This document shows, piece by piece, positions 34,890 to 44,704 of a DNA stretch of 64,000 nucleotides (positions are counted from its first letter, which is position 1; each line of letters opens with the position of its first letter). The stretch covers positions 1,900 to 65,899 of the IMG/VR virus record IMGVR_UViG_3300029183_000001; one strand, 5' to 3'. The notes beneath the pieces were generated by a model. That model saw nothing but the letters and a program-made list of their open reading frames with translations, had not been told where the DNA came from and made no database searches. This DNA is from a virus. A program made the position numbers and the translations under genes.

Positions 34890-36498
34890 TGATGTTAGTG
34901 TGTAAAATATGACTCATTGAAACCTTCTCTGTCATCATTACTCCAAATAGATAAATCTGCCTCTTCTCAATATCCCCGGGCAATGTCACAGGCGAAACGA
35001 TGGAAGAAGATGAAACCCCTGTCACCTCATTACATTGAGCATTGCTATTCTTCAACACTGTTAAATCAACACTGTTTCCATTTTCTATACTCAGCGTGTT
35101 TGTTCCTTCATCCCAATCTAAAAACTGATCATCTGACGAACTCCCCGCACCTGTTCCAACATGCCCCAATCCCTCGATCACATACACAACCCTTCTGTCT
35201 CCTCCTTCAATTGCTCCTCCAATCACTATGTTCTCAGCCGCATCTTGGGATAGTGTGATACTGTCAAGCTCATTCGTCGGGTCAGTATCTAAATCATTCA
35301 ATATATGGTTGTTCCAATTATCAACATCACTTTGTTGAATTGATGCCGCAACCGACAAAAGGAAAACCGGATCTAATTCTGTTATGGGCAAAACCTTCGT
35401 TGTACTATTCTCCAACTTCAACGTGATCTCCCCATTCGCAAAACTGAATGTTTCAATTTCTTGATCATCAGTGTTATCGAGATACGGGGTTAAATTGATT
35501 GCCGGCTCAGTGTTTCCGATTATGTAAAGTGAATTGCCATTCAACTCCAACCGATCTTCTAAATCAAATAGACTTTTATTGACTGTGTTCCCATCCTCCA
35601 TCGTGATGGATAGAACTTTGGTCACTGTATTCCATACCACATCAATCTCCTGATCATCCGTCCCTGAATTATTGTATATACTCAAATCAATCTGTGTCGG
35701 GCTTCCATTATTTGTCACAGTGAGGATGTCATTCAATAACTGCAGATCCTGGATCTCATTCAATATGTCATTATCTGCTGAGAACGGCAACCAACCCGAC
35801 CATGTGCCTACGTAGCGCGTTCGATAATAGAATCCGGTTTCCCCGGCTCCCTGAATGTATGGTATGGCTAATTGCGTGACATTCCCTGTCCCATCCAGGG
35901 AGGCATATTCGAATACAAAACAATAATAAAACTCAGTTCCCGTGGTTGGCCCATTCGTGTGATTCCCTCTTAACAATGTCACATTACTTCCCTGTTGTGT
36001 ATTCGTGATATCATTCCAATCCAGAACCCCCGTTGTCACTCGGGCGCCAAACTCATCCTCAATATTCACAAAAATGTCATCTCCTCTCTCAATCCCAATA
36101 TTGACAACCTCATTATTCTTCCCTATGTAAATGAGATCTTGATTGTCCTCAAACTCAACCGCGCTACACCCCTCCAAGTAAGCCCTCAATAATGGCTCAG
36201 TGTTATATGTCGCAATTTGATTTATTGGGATCTCCAACGCTGTCTCATCCTTATGAGGCCCAATCATTCTCACATTTCCATTCCCTCGAAACCAAATCTT
36301 TACAGGCTCAAAAATGAACTTATCCGCACTCCCGTCTGAGAACAATAAACCCTTTGAAATATTGACACTGAAATCAGTACAGCTATTACAGATCACCACA
36401 TCATTGTTATCCTCATTCACACAGGTGATTGTGTACGTCTGACTATGTAGATTCCAACTAATAAAAAGGCAAGCGATTATTAATATCCTCCCCATCAT
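34822..36498 (-). CDS. tail-fibre-like protein (pyocin-knob-type domain) with signal peptide
   Basis: NGPTTGTEFYYC...NVTQLAIPY...FYYRTRYVGTWSGW knob motif; DDQ repeats; MMGRILIIACLFISWNLHS|Q. Confidence 0.75.
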   Translation of the reverse strand: MMGRILIIACLFISWNLHSQTYTITCVNEDNNDVVICNSCTDFSVNISKGLLFSDGSADKFIFEPVKIWFRGNGNVRMIGPHKDETALEIPINQIATYNTEPLLRAYLEGCSAVEFEDNQDLIYIGKNNEVVNIGIERGDDIFVNIEDEFGARVTTGVLDWNDITNTQQGSNVTLLRGNHTNGPTTGTEFYYCFVFEYASLDGTGNVTQLAIPYIQGAGETGFYYRTRYVGTWSGWLPFSADNDILNEIQDLQLLNDILTVTNNGSPTQIDLSIYNNSGTDDQEIDVVWNTVTKVLSITMEDGNTVNKSLFDLEDRLELNGNSLYIIGNTEPAINLTPYLDNTDDQEIETFSFANGEITLKLENSTTKVLPITELDPVFLLSVAASIQQSDVDNWNNHILNDLDTDPTNELDSITLSQDAAENIVIGGAIEGGDRRVVYVIEGLGHVGTGAGSSSDDQFLDWDEGTNTLSIENGNSVDLTVLKNSNAQCNEVTGVSSSSIVSPVTLPGDIEKRQIYLFGVMMTEKVSMSHILHTNINGQNINFYQNLDPSWVVRVCVQ

Positions 36499-36528
36499 GC
36501 TAAGTTATTGAATGATATTCAGTTAAAT

Positions 36529-36564
36529 AAAAAATGACCGAAGATTTCCCACCTCCGGCCATTT
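36529..36564 (-). terminator. terminator-like hairpin between head genes and fibre block
   Basis: aaatgaccg/cggccattt stem with A-tract on + strand. Confidence 0.5.
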
Positions 36565-36592
36565 CAAATTTTTCAACCAATGAAGTTTATTG

Positions 36593-37447
36593 CTATTTCT
36601 GCTTTTTCCTCGCAGCCACTTCCTTCTTAATGTCCTTAGATGCCTGGGCCGTCTGCTCAGCAGCTTCAACCAATTCATCATCTGATAAACCGCTGTAATC
36701 GCCATCTGACAACTGTCCAGCCAATCCACCTCCAACTGCAGTCTTCCACATCCTTTTCGATCCCGTCCTGGACATAGTGACGCCATCATAATCGATCGGC
36801 TTCTGCAGGACTTCAATGGTGACGGTGAACTCAGTATTATCATCACTCTCAACAACTGTGATCTCTCCATACTCAACGGAAAGGTTCCCCAATGCTGTCC
36901 CGATAGCCGTGGCCAATGCCGCGCCCTCAGTCGTGTTATGAGTACCAAGTGCCTCGTCAGATCCATTGTAACTCAAATTACCCTGAGCTCCTACGGCATG
37001 GACAATCTGAAGTTCGGTTGCAATGACTGATTCAGTGAGCCTTGTTAATGCAGTTTCTGTGACACCATTCAACATCGCTACGATCTCGAAATCGGCATCA
37101 ATGGTAATCTTTTTATTACCTCCACCAATGTCTCTTACCCTTACTCCCCCATTGTCATGCCATTCCGTTTTAACGAATGCTCCCATTCCATTCAACCTGT
37201 AAGGCTGAATAGCTGCATCCAGAATGTTTTTTTCCAATGTGTCAGGATCCGCAGTAAGACCAAAAGAAGCAGTTCTCGTAGTCCCTTCTTGATCGATGAA
37301 TTTCACTCCATCAAAATCTGCAGCCAGGGCAACATCAACAGTATGCCGGGCCAAAACTGCACTATAGCCCGGACATTGGGTCGCCTTATTACTCAGTGTA
37401 ATAAGATTCGGAGTGTTTTGTTCCGGTACACTTTTCTGATATAACAT
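36593..37447 (-). CDS. putative structural protein
   Basis: 284 aa, Thr/Ala/Gly-rich, end of head operon. Confidence 0.6.
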   Translation of the reverse strand: MLYQKSVPEQNTPNLITLSNKATQCPGYSAVLARHTVDVALAADFDGVKFIDQEGTTRTASFGLTADPDTLEKNILDAAIQPYRLNGMGAFVKTEWHDNGGVRVRDIGGGNKKITIDADFEIVAMLNGVTETALTRLTESVIATELQIVHAVGAQGNLSYNGSDEALGTHNTTEGAALATAIGTALGNLSVEYGEITVVESDDNTEFTVTIEVLQKPIDYDGVTMSRTGSKRMWKTAVGGGLAGQLSDGDYSGLSDDELVEAAEQTAQASKDIKKEVAARKKQK

Positions 37448-37462
37448 GGTTTAAAATTTAAG

Positions 37463-37774
37463 TTATTCAATTAATGTCAATCCATCCAATTCCCTATAAT
37501 AATTCGCTTCATCCTTATCATTCCACCTACCCATCGGGCAGGTCGTTAGTCTTATTTTTCCAGTCCTTATATCCCTGTGAGTGATTGACCTTGCTTTGGC
37601 ATCGATCACACAAGTACAAAACTTACACTCATCACTCTCCGGTCCCGAGTAGTTCTCACATGGCCCACACCTTCCCTTCCTATAGGCAATCACAACCGGA
37701 TTGTCCGTCTTCTCAACTACCAGGAAGCCCAACGCAAGCCTCTTCTTTACCTCTTTCTTAATCCTCCCAATCAT
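37463..37774 (-). CDS. small Cys-rich phage protein
   Basis: CGPC...CKFCTCVIDAK...TCPMGRW pattern seen near phage head genes. Confidence 0.7.
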   Translation of the reverse strand: MIGRIKKEVKKRLALGFLVVEKTDNPVVIAYRKGRCGPCENYSGPESDECKFCTCVIDAKARSITHRDIRTGKIRLTTCPMGRWNDKDEANYYRELDGLTLIE

Positions 37775-38474
37775 GCCGAAACATCATGCCGCCTCCATCA
37801 TAATTGGTCACATTATCAACTCCACTCGATCCACACTGTAACGCGATAAAATCAACCTTCTCCAAAACTTCGCACTCACCAGTATCATAAGCCGCCTGGA
37901 TCTTCTTCTTTAAGACTCCATAGATCATTCCACATCTCTTTCCATATGATGACATGATCGAGGCCAATTGACTCTCATTCACAGCTTTCTTCTGATTCCC
38001 TTGGCTCTGTTTTGTGAACCCTCCAGGACCATACTGACTATCGATAAACGGGGCCGCAACATAGGCCACTTTCCAACAAAGCCAACTATTCAATCTATCC
38101 CAAAGATCATTCAAACAATCGGTTGTAAATACATTCTTTACTTCCCAATCGGTTGAGCAACTCGGATCAGTGACAACCGTCTGTTCATCATCTGAGATCT
38201 TTTCATAAAATCTACCATGATAATCAGCGATATCATTTATCGCATAGCTGTGTCCCTCCGTGAACTCATTAACAACTTCATACTCCGCTCGATCATCCAA
38301 CAACGCTTCCAAAAAGTCTGATCCCATCCTGGATTCAAAAATCAACTCTAAATCCATATGGTTCTTTAGAAACTCTTCGGGCACTGTACTTGATACAGGA
38401 GTCCGGTTAATTACTTGCCGATATGTCACTAAGCTCTGTTTCTGTAAGGCCATCTTTGTTACCAGTTGCTTCAA
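37758..38474 (-). CDS. putative head-tail adaptor/connector
   Basis: Directly downstream of portal; helical, LNSWLCWKVAY...PF. Confidence 0.55.
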   Translation of the reverse strand: MKQLVTKMALQKQSLVTYRQVINRTPVSSTVPEEFLKNHMDLELIFESRMGSDFLEALLDDRAEYEVVNEFTEGHSYAINDIADYHGRFYEKISDDEQTVVTDPSCSTDWEVKNVFTTDCLNDLWDRLNSWLCWKVAYVAAPFIDSQYGPGGFTKQSQGNQKKAVNESQLASIMSSYGKRCGMIYGVLKKKIQAAYDTGECEVLEKVDFIALQCGSSGVDNVTNYDGGGMMFRHDWED

Positions 38475-39831
38475 TCCTCCGATTGATCAAATCTTGAAGA
38501 GGACTATTGAATTTTATCGCATAATTCTTCATGTCATTCATATCAAGAAATTCAGCCGCCACATGCAGGGCCTCATTGATAAACCCTCCAACTGCCAACT
38601 GATGCTTCAAGATCTTCGTAGCTCCGTGGATCTCAAATATATCCATAAACTGGCTACTGTTAAAACCTCCAACCTGATCCATCATCAAGGCTCTCGGAAA
38701 ATGATTCGCTTTCATGATTGATTCCTCGAATCTCTCAAACAACTTCAAGTAAAAATTCTCTTTCGCTTGGTGTTTGAACTCATGAACCTTAAACGGTTTC
38801 ATTCCCGCTTTCCTGGTGATAGCCATGATCGACGTGGGCGCTCTTCCTTCTGCCGAAAACTGCTCCTCAATCTTCCTTAAGATCGACTTCTGCTTCGGGT
38901 TCCCAAATGGATTCCCGGTTGTGCCGATATTCTCAATGCTTGGAATGTTTGAGGTGTTTATTGCATTCGGATTGAACCCAAATCCACCTTCTTCCAATTC
39001 AATCAATACTTCTGGCATGAATTTTTTCTTGATCATCTTCGTGATCATCACATTCAATTTATACTGATTGTATTGGGTCGGAAAGTTTCCATAATCATCC
39101 GGCCTGCCTACATACTTGTACCTTCCATCTTTCGCAAATAAGAACGTTCTTATTGATCCATCTGGAAACTCCTTGTAATTAGGCCAAACGGGTACTTCCC
39201 GGGCTGGGTACTTCTTCAAGTAATGCGTTGAGAACTTTGGCGAGATGGCCATCCATCGATCATCACTATCATCCTTGTAGACCGGCATATACTTATCCGG
39301 CATTACACAATTAAAGCGAACTAAATCAATATCTGCTATGCCCGTCCAAATGACCTCCATTCCCATTTCTCCAACTGTCATCTTCGAATGGTTCAGCTTG
39401 TAGGCCATAGAGACATAATCATCTCCACATAAATCAATCCCACTCACAAAATCATTGAAACCATTCCAAGTCGTAACATCCGTAATTTCTTCCTTGAAAT
39501 TAGGTATAAACAACCTGGGGTTAGATGACCGGATATACTGGTATTGACCTCCAAAAGCAAAATCACTTGTCTTGGTGATCACATTACCCTTTGTCTCACT
39601 CATATAACCTGAGTTCAACAAGTACCATTTCAGCATCTGGCTTGTAACCTTATCCGCAAACGCGTAAGGTATATAAGGATATATGTCAAAGATCTTTTTG
39701 AGGTCATGCCCATCAGACACTTCCTCCGGCATTGGGTTCCGAATCTCTGCAAACTTTATTGCATTGACCGATCCGGTACCTCTTGGGAAATCCCTTATAG
39801 GGTGTATTCCATCTGTGTCACTTTTTGCCAT
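38407..39831 (-). CDS. putative portal protein
   Basis: 474 aa; size, position, YVGRPDDY and IMKANHFPRALM segments; acidic tail. Confidence 0.7.
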   Translation of the reverse strand: MAKSDTDGIHPIRDFPRGTGSVNAIKFAEIRNPMPEEVSDGHDLKKIFDIYPYIPYAFADKVTSQMLKWYLLNSGYMSETKGNVITKTSDFAFGGQYQYIRSSNPRLFIPNFKEEITDVTTWNGFNDFVSGIDLCGDDYVSMAYKLNHSKMTVGEMGMEVIWTGIADIDLVRFNCVMPDKYMPVYKDDSDDRWMAISPKFSTHYLKKYPAREVPVWPNYKEFPDGSIRTFLFAKDGRYKYVGRPDDYGNFPTQYNQYKLNVMITKMIKKKFMPEVLIELEEGGFGFNPNAINTSNIPSIENIGTTGNPFGNPKQKSILRKIEEQFSAEGRAPTSIMAITRKAGMKPFKVHEFKHQAKENFYLKLFERFEESIMKANHFPRALMMDQVGGFNSSQFMDIFEIHGATKILKHQLAVGGFINEALHVAAEFLDMNDMKNYAIKFNSPLQDLINRRIEATGNKDGLTETELSDISASN

Positions 39832-39840
39832 TTCATATTA

Positions 39841-40266
39841 CTATGTATTGGCATCGGTTGCTCCACCTGAGCCCCCGGTTGAAGAAGCACTGGATCTCCC
39901 AGTTGTTTTCTTATCGGACTTCTTTTTTGAAGTGTCTTCTAACTCTTCAACTGCCTCCTCATCTTCATATTCAGGGGCTTCGTCCGGATATACTAAAACG
40001 ATGTTAGGGTTCTTTTCAAGATCTTCTTTGTTCTCTGAAACTTTGATCGATTTAACCCCTCCTCGCTTGTCAAACAATTCATGAACCTGGGCGCGTGTAG
40101 CTCCATATACAACTCTTTGAGATTTACCTCCGATCTTTTGGTTGCTGGCCCTGGTTGTTATCGCTGTAGTCTGAGAAGTTCCCAAATTGATCACTTCTCC
40201 TTCAACTGTCTGCTGAATCACTGGCTTCGCATATCGAGCCTTTAATCCATAATACTTTTCTGCCAT
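39841..40266 (-). CDS. hypothetical head-module protein
   Basis: 141-aa ORF between tail tube and portal. Confidence 0.7.
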   Translation of the reverse strand: MAEKYYGLKARYAKPVIQQTVEGEVINLGTSQTTAITTRASNQKIGGKSQRVVYGATRAQVHELFDKRGGVKSIKVSENKEDLEKNPNIVLVYPDEAPEYEDEEAVEELEDTSKKKSDKKTTGRSSASSTGGSGGATDANT

Positions 40267-40283
40267 GGTTAAAAAATTTATTC

Positions 40284-40862
40284 TTAAGGCGCTGTAAGTG
40301 CCAATATGTCATCAAATGTCTGTGTCGCAGTATCGATCACACATGCAGGCGTTCTCTGCGTTCCATTGAAGTTCATCGTCAACTTATCAGTTCCACCCGA
40401 TGTTCCAAAATCGAGACTCACAACCGGCCTCAACTCCGTCAACGAATCTTTCAACTCCTCATTCGCACTACATCCTTCAACCACATCCCAACCGAATAGA
40501 ACGACAAGACAATTGTTCATCTCAGCAATGATAATCCAATCTTTGACTTTCGTCAACCTGGATGCCTCCGCAATGTCTTCCTTTCGAATACCTGGGAACT
40601 CAGCCAAGCCCTCGATATTACTTCTGTGTGATCCATCTTCCAACGCTCCCGTACTGGTTAGCGTGGCCGTATCCTTCTTAGGGACATACAATGCCTGCTC
40701 AGCGTTGGTAATTGCTACGGTGACGAGATTCCCCGCCGCCAATGTAGAACTATCAATATCGACGTCATCCTTCGGTATAAGGATATACCGCGCCATTCCA
40801 CCAATGGCCGCTTTGGTATTCGTCTTAGAATTTATTCCGGTAAGGCCCAAACCTAAAGGCAT
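40284..40862 (-). CDS. putative tail tube (major tail) protein
   Basis: IGGMARYILIP start, WIIIAEMNN..VVLFGW, GTSGGTDKLTMNFNG. Confidence 0.65.
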   Translation of the reverse strand: MPLGLGLTGINSKTNTKAAIGGMARYILIPKDDVDIDSSTLAAGNLVTVAITNAEQALYVPKKDTATLTSTGALEDGSHRSNIEGLAEFPGIRKEDIAEASRLTKVKDWIIIAEMNNCLVVLFGWDVVEGCSANEELKDSLTELRPVVSLDFGTSGGTDKLTMNFNGTQRTPACVIDTATQTFDDILALTAP

Positions 40863-40905
40863 AACTTAATTTTTAACGGTTATCAAATATGGTTCAAGAC
40901 ACTTC

Positions 40906-42120
40906 TTATGCCGGCTCCAATACAAGTGATGAGTTGGCAATCCAATCATTCTGCCCAAGTACTGTGAAACCTAATTCAAAGTCAGCACTAAAGTAAGTCT
41001 TACCCATAAACGGAGGAGTCTTCCAGTGTGAAACTGTCATTCCCATTCCATTATCCTGGTTAGAGATATCGACATCATAACCGACACCAAACACTCCAGG
41101 TGCACATACAAGTAACCTATGTGTAATGGTTCCGCACAACGAATCCTTCTTAGCTTGTGTGTCATCCCTGATATACCAATCACCATCATACTGGATCACT
41201 CTTCTCGGATCGAGTCTCAATGTCTTCGGTCTATTGTCATGGCCCATCACTTCAATGTTATAGGCTTCTGGCAATGCTGAGTATCTCAACTTAATCAACT
41301 CCTTCATACGATTGAAGAGACCGACAGTACAAATATTGATTCTGGCTTGATCTGCATTTCCAAGCTTCTCAGGTAACTGCTCCTTCACATCATCGACATA
41401 CTTAAGCGCATCACCTGTGAACTTCTTCCCGCTTACAAGTGTCGGGTCAAGCTCGATATTGAAGTGCTCCAATTGCGTCACATTCTTAAGAGAATCAACC
41501 ATTGTGTACAATCCACCGAGTGTTCTTTGTTGTTTAAGCAATCTCGCCCATTTCGTTGGATTCAGACTCTTGTTGGCTCTCCACCAACCATTAGCATCTG
41601 CTTTTTCGAAATCCGGGTGAGATCCATAATGGCCGAGCAGCCATATATCATTACTCATCCCTGCGTGGAGTTTCGCGATCGCTTCAAACAATAGTTGTCT
41701 TGATCCTGGTGTGCTCTCAATATCTCGGATTCCACCTCCAGGCCCAAGTAATTGCCTCCAACATTTCTTCCATAGGAAATCGGTACATAGTTCTGACTGG
41801 TGTTGAACTCCATACGTCCTCATCTTTTCACTGGATGCACCGATCATCAATGCAGGGTCCCAAACACATCCGGCCTGCCTCGGAGCAAGTCCATATTCTG
41901 GATCGTCGAAAATGGTAATATCAACTTCCCTCAATCCTTCCATCGGTACCATCGTGTACAGACCCAATGCATTCTCCGCAAACCTGGGGTACATCAATAC
42001 CTTGTCTCTAAAGACCTGGATCTCGGTATCCTTTGGGATGGTAAGTACCGCCCCTCTGAGGCCATCGCCATCGAGATAAAATTGGCCTCCTCCTGGTATT
42101 TCTAATGTGACGTTTGTCAT
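40906..42120 (-). CDS. putative major capsid protein
   Basis: 404 aa after protease and scaffold; GCVWDP...SELCTDFL..W pattern. Confidence 0.75.
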   Translation of the reverse strand: MTNVTLEIPGGGQFYLDGDGLRGAVLTIPKDTEIQVFRDKVLMYPRFAENALGLYTMVPMEGLREVDITIFDDPEYGLAPRQAGCVWDPALMIGASSEKMRTYGVQHQSELCTDFLWKKCWRQLLGPGGGIRDIESTPGSRQLLFEAIAKLHAGMSNDIWLLGHYGSHPDFEKADANGWWRANKSLNPTKWARLLKQQRTLGGLYTMVDSLKNVTQLEHFNIELDPTLVSGKKFTGDALKYVDDVKEQLPEKLGNADQARINICTVGLFNRMKELIKLRYSALPEAYNIEVMGHDNRPKTLRLDPRRVIQYDGDWYIRDDTQAKKDSLCGTITHRLLVCAPGVFGVGYDVDISNQDNGMGMTVSHWKTPPFMGKTYFSADFELGFTVLGQNDWIANSSLVLEPA

Positions 42121-42163
42121 GATTCGATTTTTATAGCTTATTCAAAATTTTTCCTTACTGATA

Positions 42164-42775
42164 TTAATTCATCCAACCAACCAATCCCTTAGCTGCCGGA
42201 TCTTCCGAGCAATCAACCTTTGCCCTCTCTCCACTCTCACTTCTCAAATGGATATCCTCATCCAAATCCTTATCATCTCCCTGGGCTACTGTGGACGCCT
42301 TGCCACTCCTCTTATTCAGAGCGTTAATTGTGGCCGTCAATCTTGTGGTGTTTTTGTTCAATTGAGTTTTGATTTTCTTGGTGTCTTCTGCACCCTCTTT
42401 AAGGGTGTTCTCAATTGAATCAAGTCGAGCTAAAATCTTCTCGCTTACATTTGCATTTTGGTCGCCTCCTTCACTGCCTGAATTCCCCCCTTCGTCACCG
42501 CCTTCTCCTTCGTCTCCTTGCTCTCCTTCTGTGCCGCTCTCTTCTGTAGATCCTTCTTCAGATTCTTCGGTAATAGTGGTATCATCTTCAATAACATTTG
42601 ATTCTCCTTCTGTGCCGCCCTCAGCACCTTCATCTCCCCCTTCTCCTTCTTGGGCTTCGACCGCTTGATCGGTCGCGTCAAGTATGGACTCCAAACTATC
42701 TCCACCCTCAACATTTATACCTAACGCTTGTAGGTTTTTTACGATGTTTTTAACCTTCTTTTTATCGGTGAACAT
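42164..42775 (-). CDS. putative scaffolding protein
   Basis: Very acidic low-complexity region plus coiled coil, between protease and capsid. Confidence 0.7.
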   Translation of the reverse strand: MFTDKKKVKNIVKNLQALGINVEGGDSLESILDATDQAVEAQEGEGGDEGAEGGTEGESNVIEDDTTITEESEEGSTEESGTEGEQGDEGEGGDEGGNSGSEGGDQNANVSEKILARLDSIENTLKEGAEDTKKIKTQLNKNTTRLTATINALNKRSGKASTVAQGDDKDLDEDIHLRSESGERAKVDCSEDPAAKGLVGWMN

Positions 42776-42786
42776 GATTAAATATT

Positions 42787-43641
42787 TTACTTGTTTCTGA
42801 TTAAACTTCTCATTCTCCTTAGAGCATAATTGAGATCTCCAACTCCGTGAACAACTCCATACTCTAAAGCCTTATGAGCTTTTACCACTCTTCCATCCAG
42901 GATCTCAGAATCCATCGGTATGTTTCTGATCTTGGCAACTTGTCCCATGAATTGCTTATCAAGTGACTGCAACCTCTTCTCGAATAGAGTTGTGGTTCCT
43001 TCTTCGAGGTACTCCCTGAGCGCTTCATTCTTCTTTGGAGAATCTGCAGAATACAATCGAACATAATTGTCCTTGTATTCTTGTAATAGATCTTTTGGCA
43101 GATCCATCATCACACCTATTGATCCAAACTGAACCATTGGCCCGGATAAGATAATCTCGTCTGCATACAATGAACCCAACACTCCTCCACTCGCCATATA
43201 ATGTCCGTGGATGATGGATGGTTTTCTGGCCTCTTTGAATGCATTTTGCATCATCATTGCTGCCGTAACCTCTCCTCCTCCGGTATGCATCTCCGTTATC
43301 GTTCCTTTGACTCCCGGTGTGCTCTCCGCTCTTCTCATTTGATCGACAAAGTAGCTCATTCCATATGAGCAGGCTTCATCCTCAGCGAACATCACTCCGT
43401 GAAATCTGAGATACGCAACCGCTCCCATTTCATCGGTGACATCATCGAGATATCTTGACCTCTTCCCGCTATTCAATCCAATGTAGTACTCTGTTACGGA
43501 TTCTTTTTTCTCCTCCAACATTTCCTTCTTCCTGGAGTAACCCATCTGGCTTTCCAGAAGGTATTTATTATACATTTTGATGCCGTAAGTCCCATCAATG
43601 CACCAATCTGTCATCAAGATCCTTGCGTCAATCTTATTCAT
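42787..43641 (-). CDS. S49 (SppA/ClpP-like) prohead protease
   Basis: MHTGGGEV, MASGGVLGSLYADEI, FGSIGV, ILDGRVVKAHKALEYGVVHGVG. Confidence 0.9.
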   Translation of the reverse strand: MNKIDARILMTDWCIDGTYGIKMYNKYLLESQMGYSRKKEMLEEKKESVTEYYIGLNSGKRSRYLDDVTDEMGAVAYLRFHGVMFAEDEACSYGMSYFVDQMRRAESTPGVKGTITEMHTGGGEVTAAMMMQNAFKEARKPSIIHGHYMASGGVLGSLYADEIILSGPMVQFGSIGVMMDLPKDLLQEYKDNYVRLYSADSPKKNEALREYLEEGTTTLFEKRLQSLDKQFMGQVAKIRNIPMDSEILDGRVVKAHKALEYGVVHGVGDLNYALRRMRSLIRNK

Positions 43642-43659
43642 GCATCATAACATATGAAG

Positions 43660-43670
43660 CAAATATATAA
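43660..43670 (-). promoter_or_regulatory. TATATTTG promoter of head operon with only a half-site of the palindrome
   Basis: + strand caaatatataa followed by tctgttgtt instead of WTTATATAT. Confidence 0.65.
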
Positions 43671-43700
43671 TCTGTTGTTGGAAGTTAGGGTGTATGTTTT

Positions 43701-43979
43701 TTAACCCTGGATGTTCTCCTTTCTAAAATGAGCTATCTGCTTAACGGTTTCGAGACTGCATCCATACTCATCTGCGAGGTCCAAATATTTCTTTGGGTAT
43801 TCCTGGTTTAATTCGTGGATTATTAAAAACCTCCTCATTGAAGAATCTTTTGTGCAATTAAGCAACAGATCAAACATAATTTTTTCACTTAAGTCTAATC
43901 CTTTGCATTTTATCAAAGTTTTTACCCTCAGTATTAATCTATCTCTTTCCACTATCCACCTCTTTAAAATATTGTTCAA
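43701..43979 (-). CDS. small HTH protein (possible Mor/C-like late regulator)
   Basis: C-terminal YLDLADEYGCSLETVKQIA; immediately upstream of head promoter. Confidence 0.55.
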   Translation of the reverse strand: MNNILKRWIVERDRLILRVKTLIKCKGLDLSEKIMFDLLLNCTKDSSMRRFLIIHELNQEYPKKYLDLADEYGCSLETVKQIAHFRKENIQG

Positions 43980-44307
43980 ACCGATTTACCAAACCATCAA
44001 GCCCACAGCAGGCATAATCATAGCTGCTCAAATCATATTTCTCATGCAATTTCAACAACTCCTTCTTCAGTCTCATCTCAGTGAACTTTCTGGCATTTTT
44101 TAATTCTGAATCTGGCAGATTTTCCCATCTGAAATCTTCTGAATTTTTTTCAATCTTTTTTTGGTTTAATGCCCTGGATATCTCAATTGATACTTTGTAA
44201 TAATCCTCCTCCTTAACTCTGTACACATTTCCATTTGGAATATTGGTTGGCGCGACTCCTTCAAAATATCTGCTCACCTTCCCTTCAATAACTACAAAGT
44301 ACCCCAC
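43939..44307 (-). CDS. hypothetical protein
   Basis: 122-aa ORF. Confidence 0.65.
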   Translation of the reverse strand: MGYFVVIEGKVSRYFEGVAPTNIPNGNVYRVKEEDYYKVSIEISRALNQKKIEKNSEDFRWENLPDSELKNARKFTEMRLKKELLKLHEKYDLSSYDYACCGLDGLVNRFEQYFKEVDSGKR

Positions 44308-44643
44308 TCAGATATTGATTAATCCCATGTTTTTATTCAACCTCTCAATCATCTCGATCGCATATTTTTTGTAGAACCTTAAAGTCCGGACTACACACTC
44401 ACCAGGATCTGCAGAATTCGCCTCTCCCTGTGTCCACCCTCCCTTCTCATCATCTCTCTTTGCAATGAAGCAACTGAATTCATTGTTATCCTCAAACAAT
44501 CTCATGTTCCCCAAATAACAATGATACATCCACTTACTCCCATGGTTCTCGATCTTATGACTCCAATCTCCATCCAATCGGTCCTTTAATATCACACATA
44601 CTTCCCGGCCCCTTTGGTCCGCGTCTTTACTTGAATTATACAT
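44308..44643 (-). CDS. hypothetical protein
   Basis: 111-aa ORF. Confidence 0.7.
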   Translation of the reverse strand: MYNSSKDADQRGREVCVILKDRLDGDWSHKIENHGSKWMYHCYLGNMRLFEDNNEFSCFIAKRDDEKGGWTQGEANSADPGECVVRTLRFYKKYAIEMIERLNKNMGLINI

Positions 44644-44660
44644 AGGTTGGTTAAATGAGG

Positions 44661-44694
44661 AAAGGGGGCCTAAAACCCCGGATCAGCCCCCCTT
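44661..44694 (-). terminator. hairpin after lipoprotein gene
   Basis: aagggggc/gcccccctt imperfect stem. Confidence 0.45.
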
Positions 44695-44704
44695 CGCGTT
44701 ATGG

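Noticed and set aside
25493-36498. Type IX secretion C-terminal domains on the secreted proteins
   Set aside because: C-termini lack the typical YPNP and KxxK pattern, so T9SS export is not claimed
36523-36966. Alternative-frame minus ORFs nested in real genes (also 3361-3645, 54570-54902, 59252-59542, 61813-62139)
   Set aside because: They overlap longer motif-bearing ORFs in another frame and have no independent support
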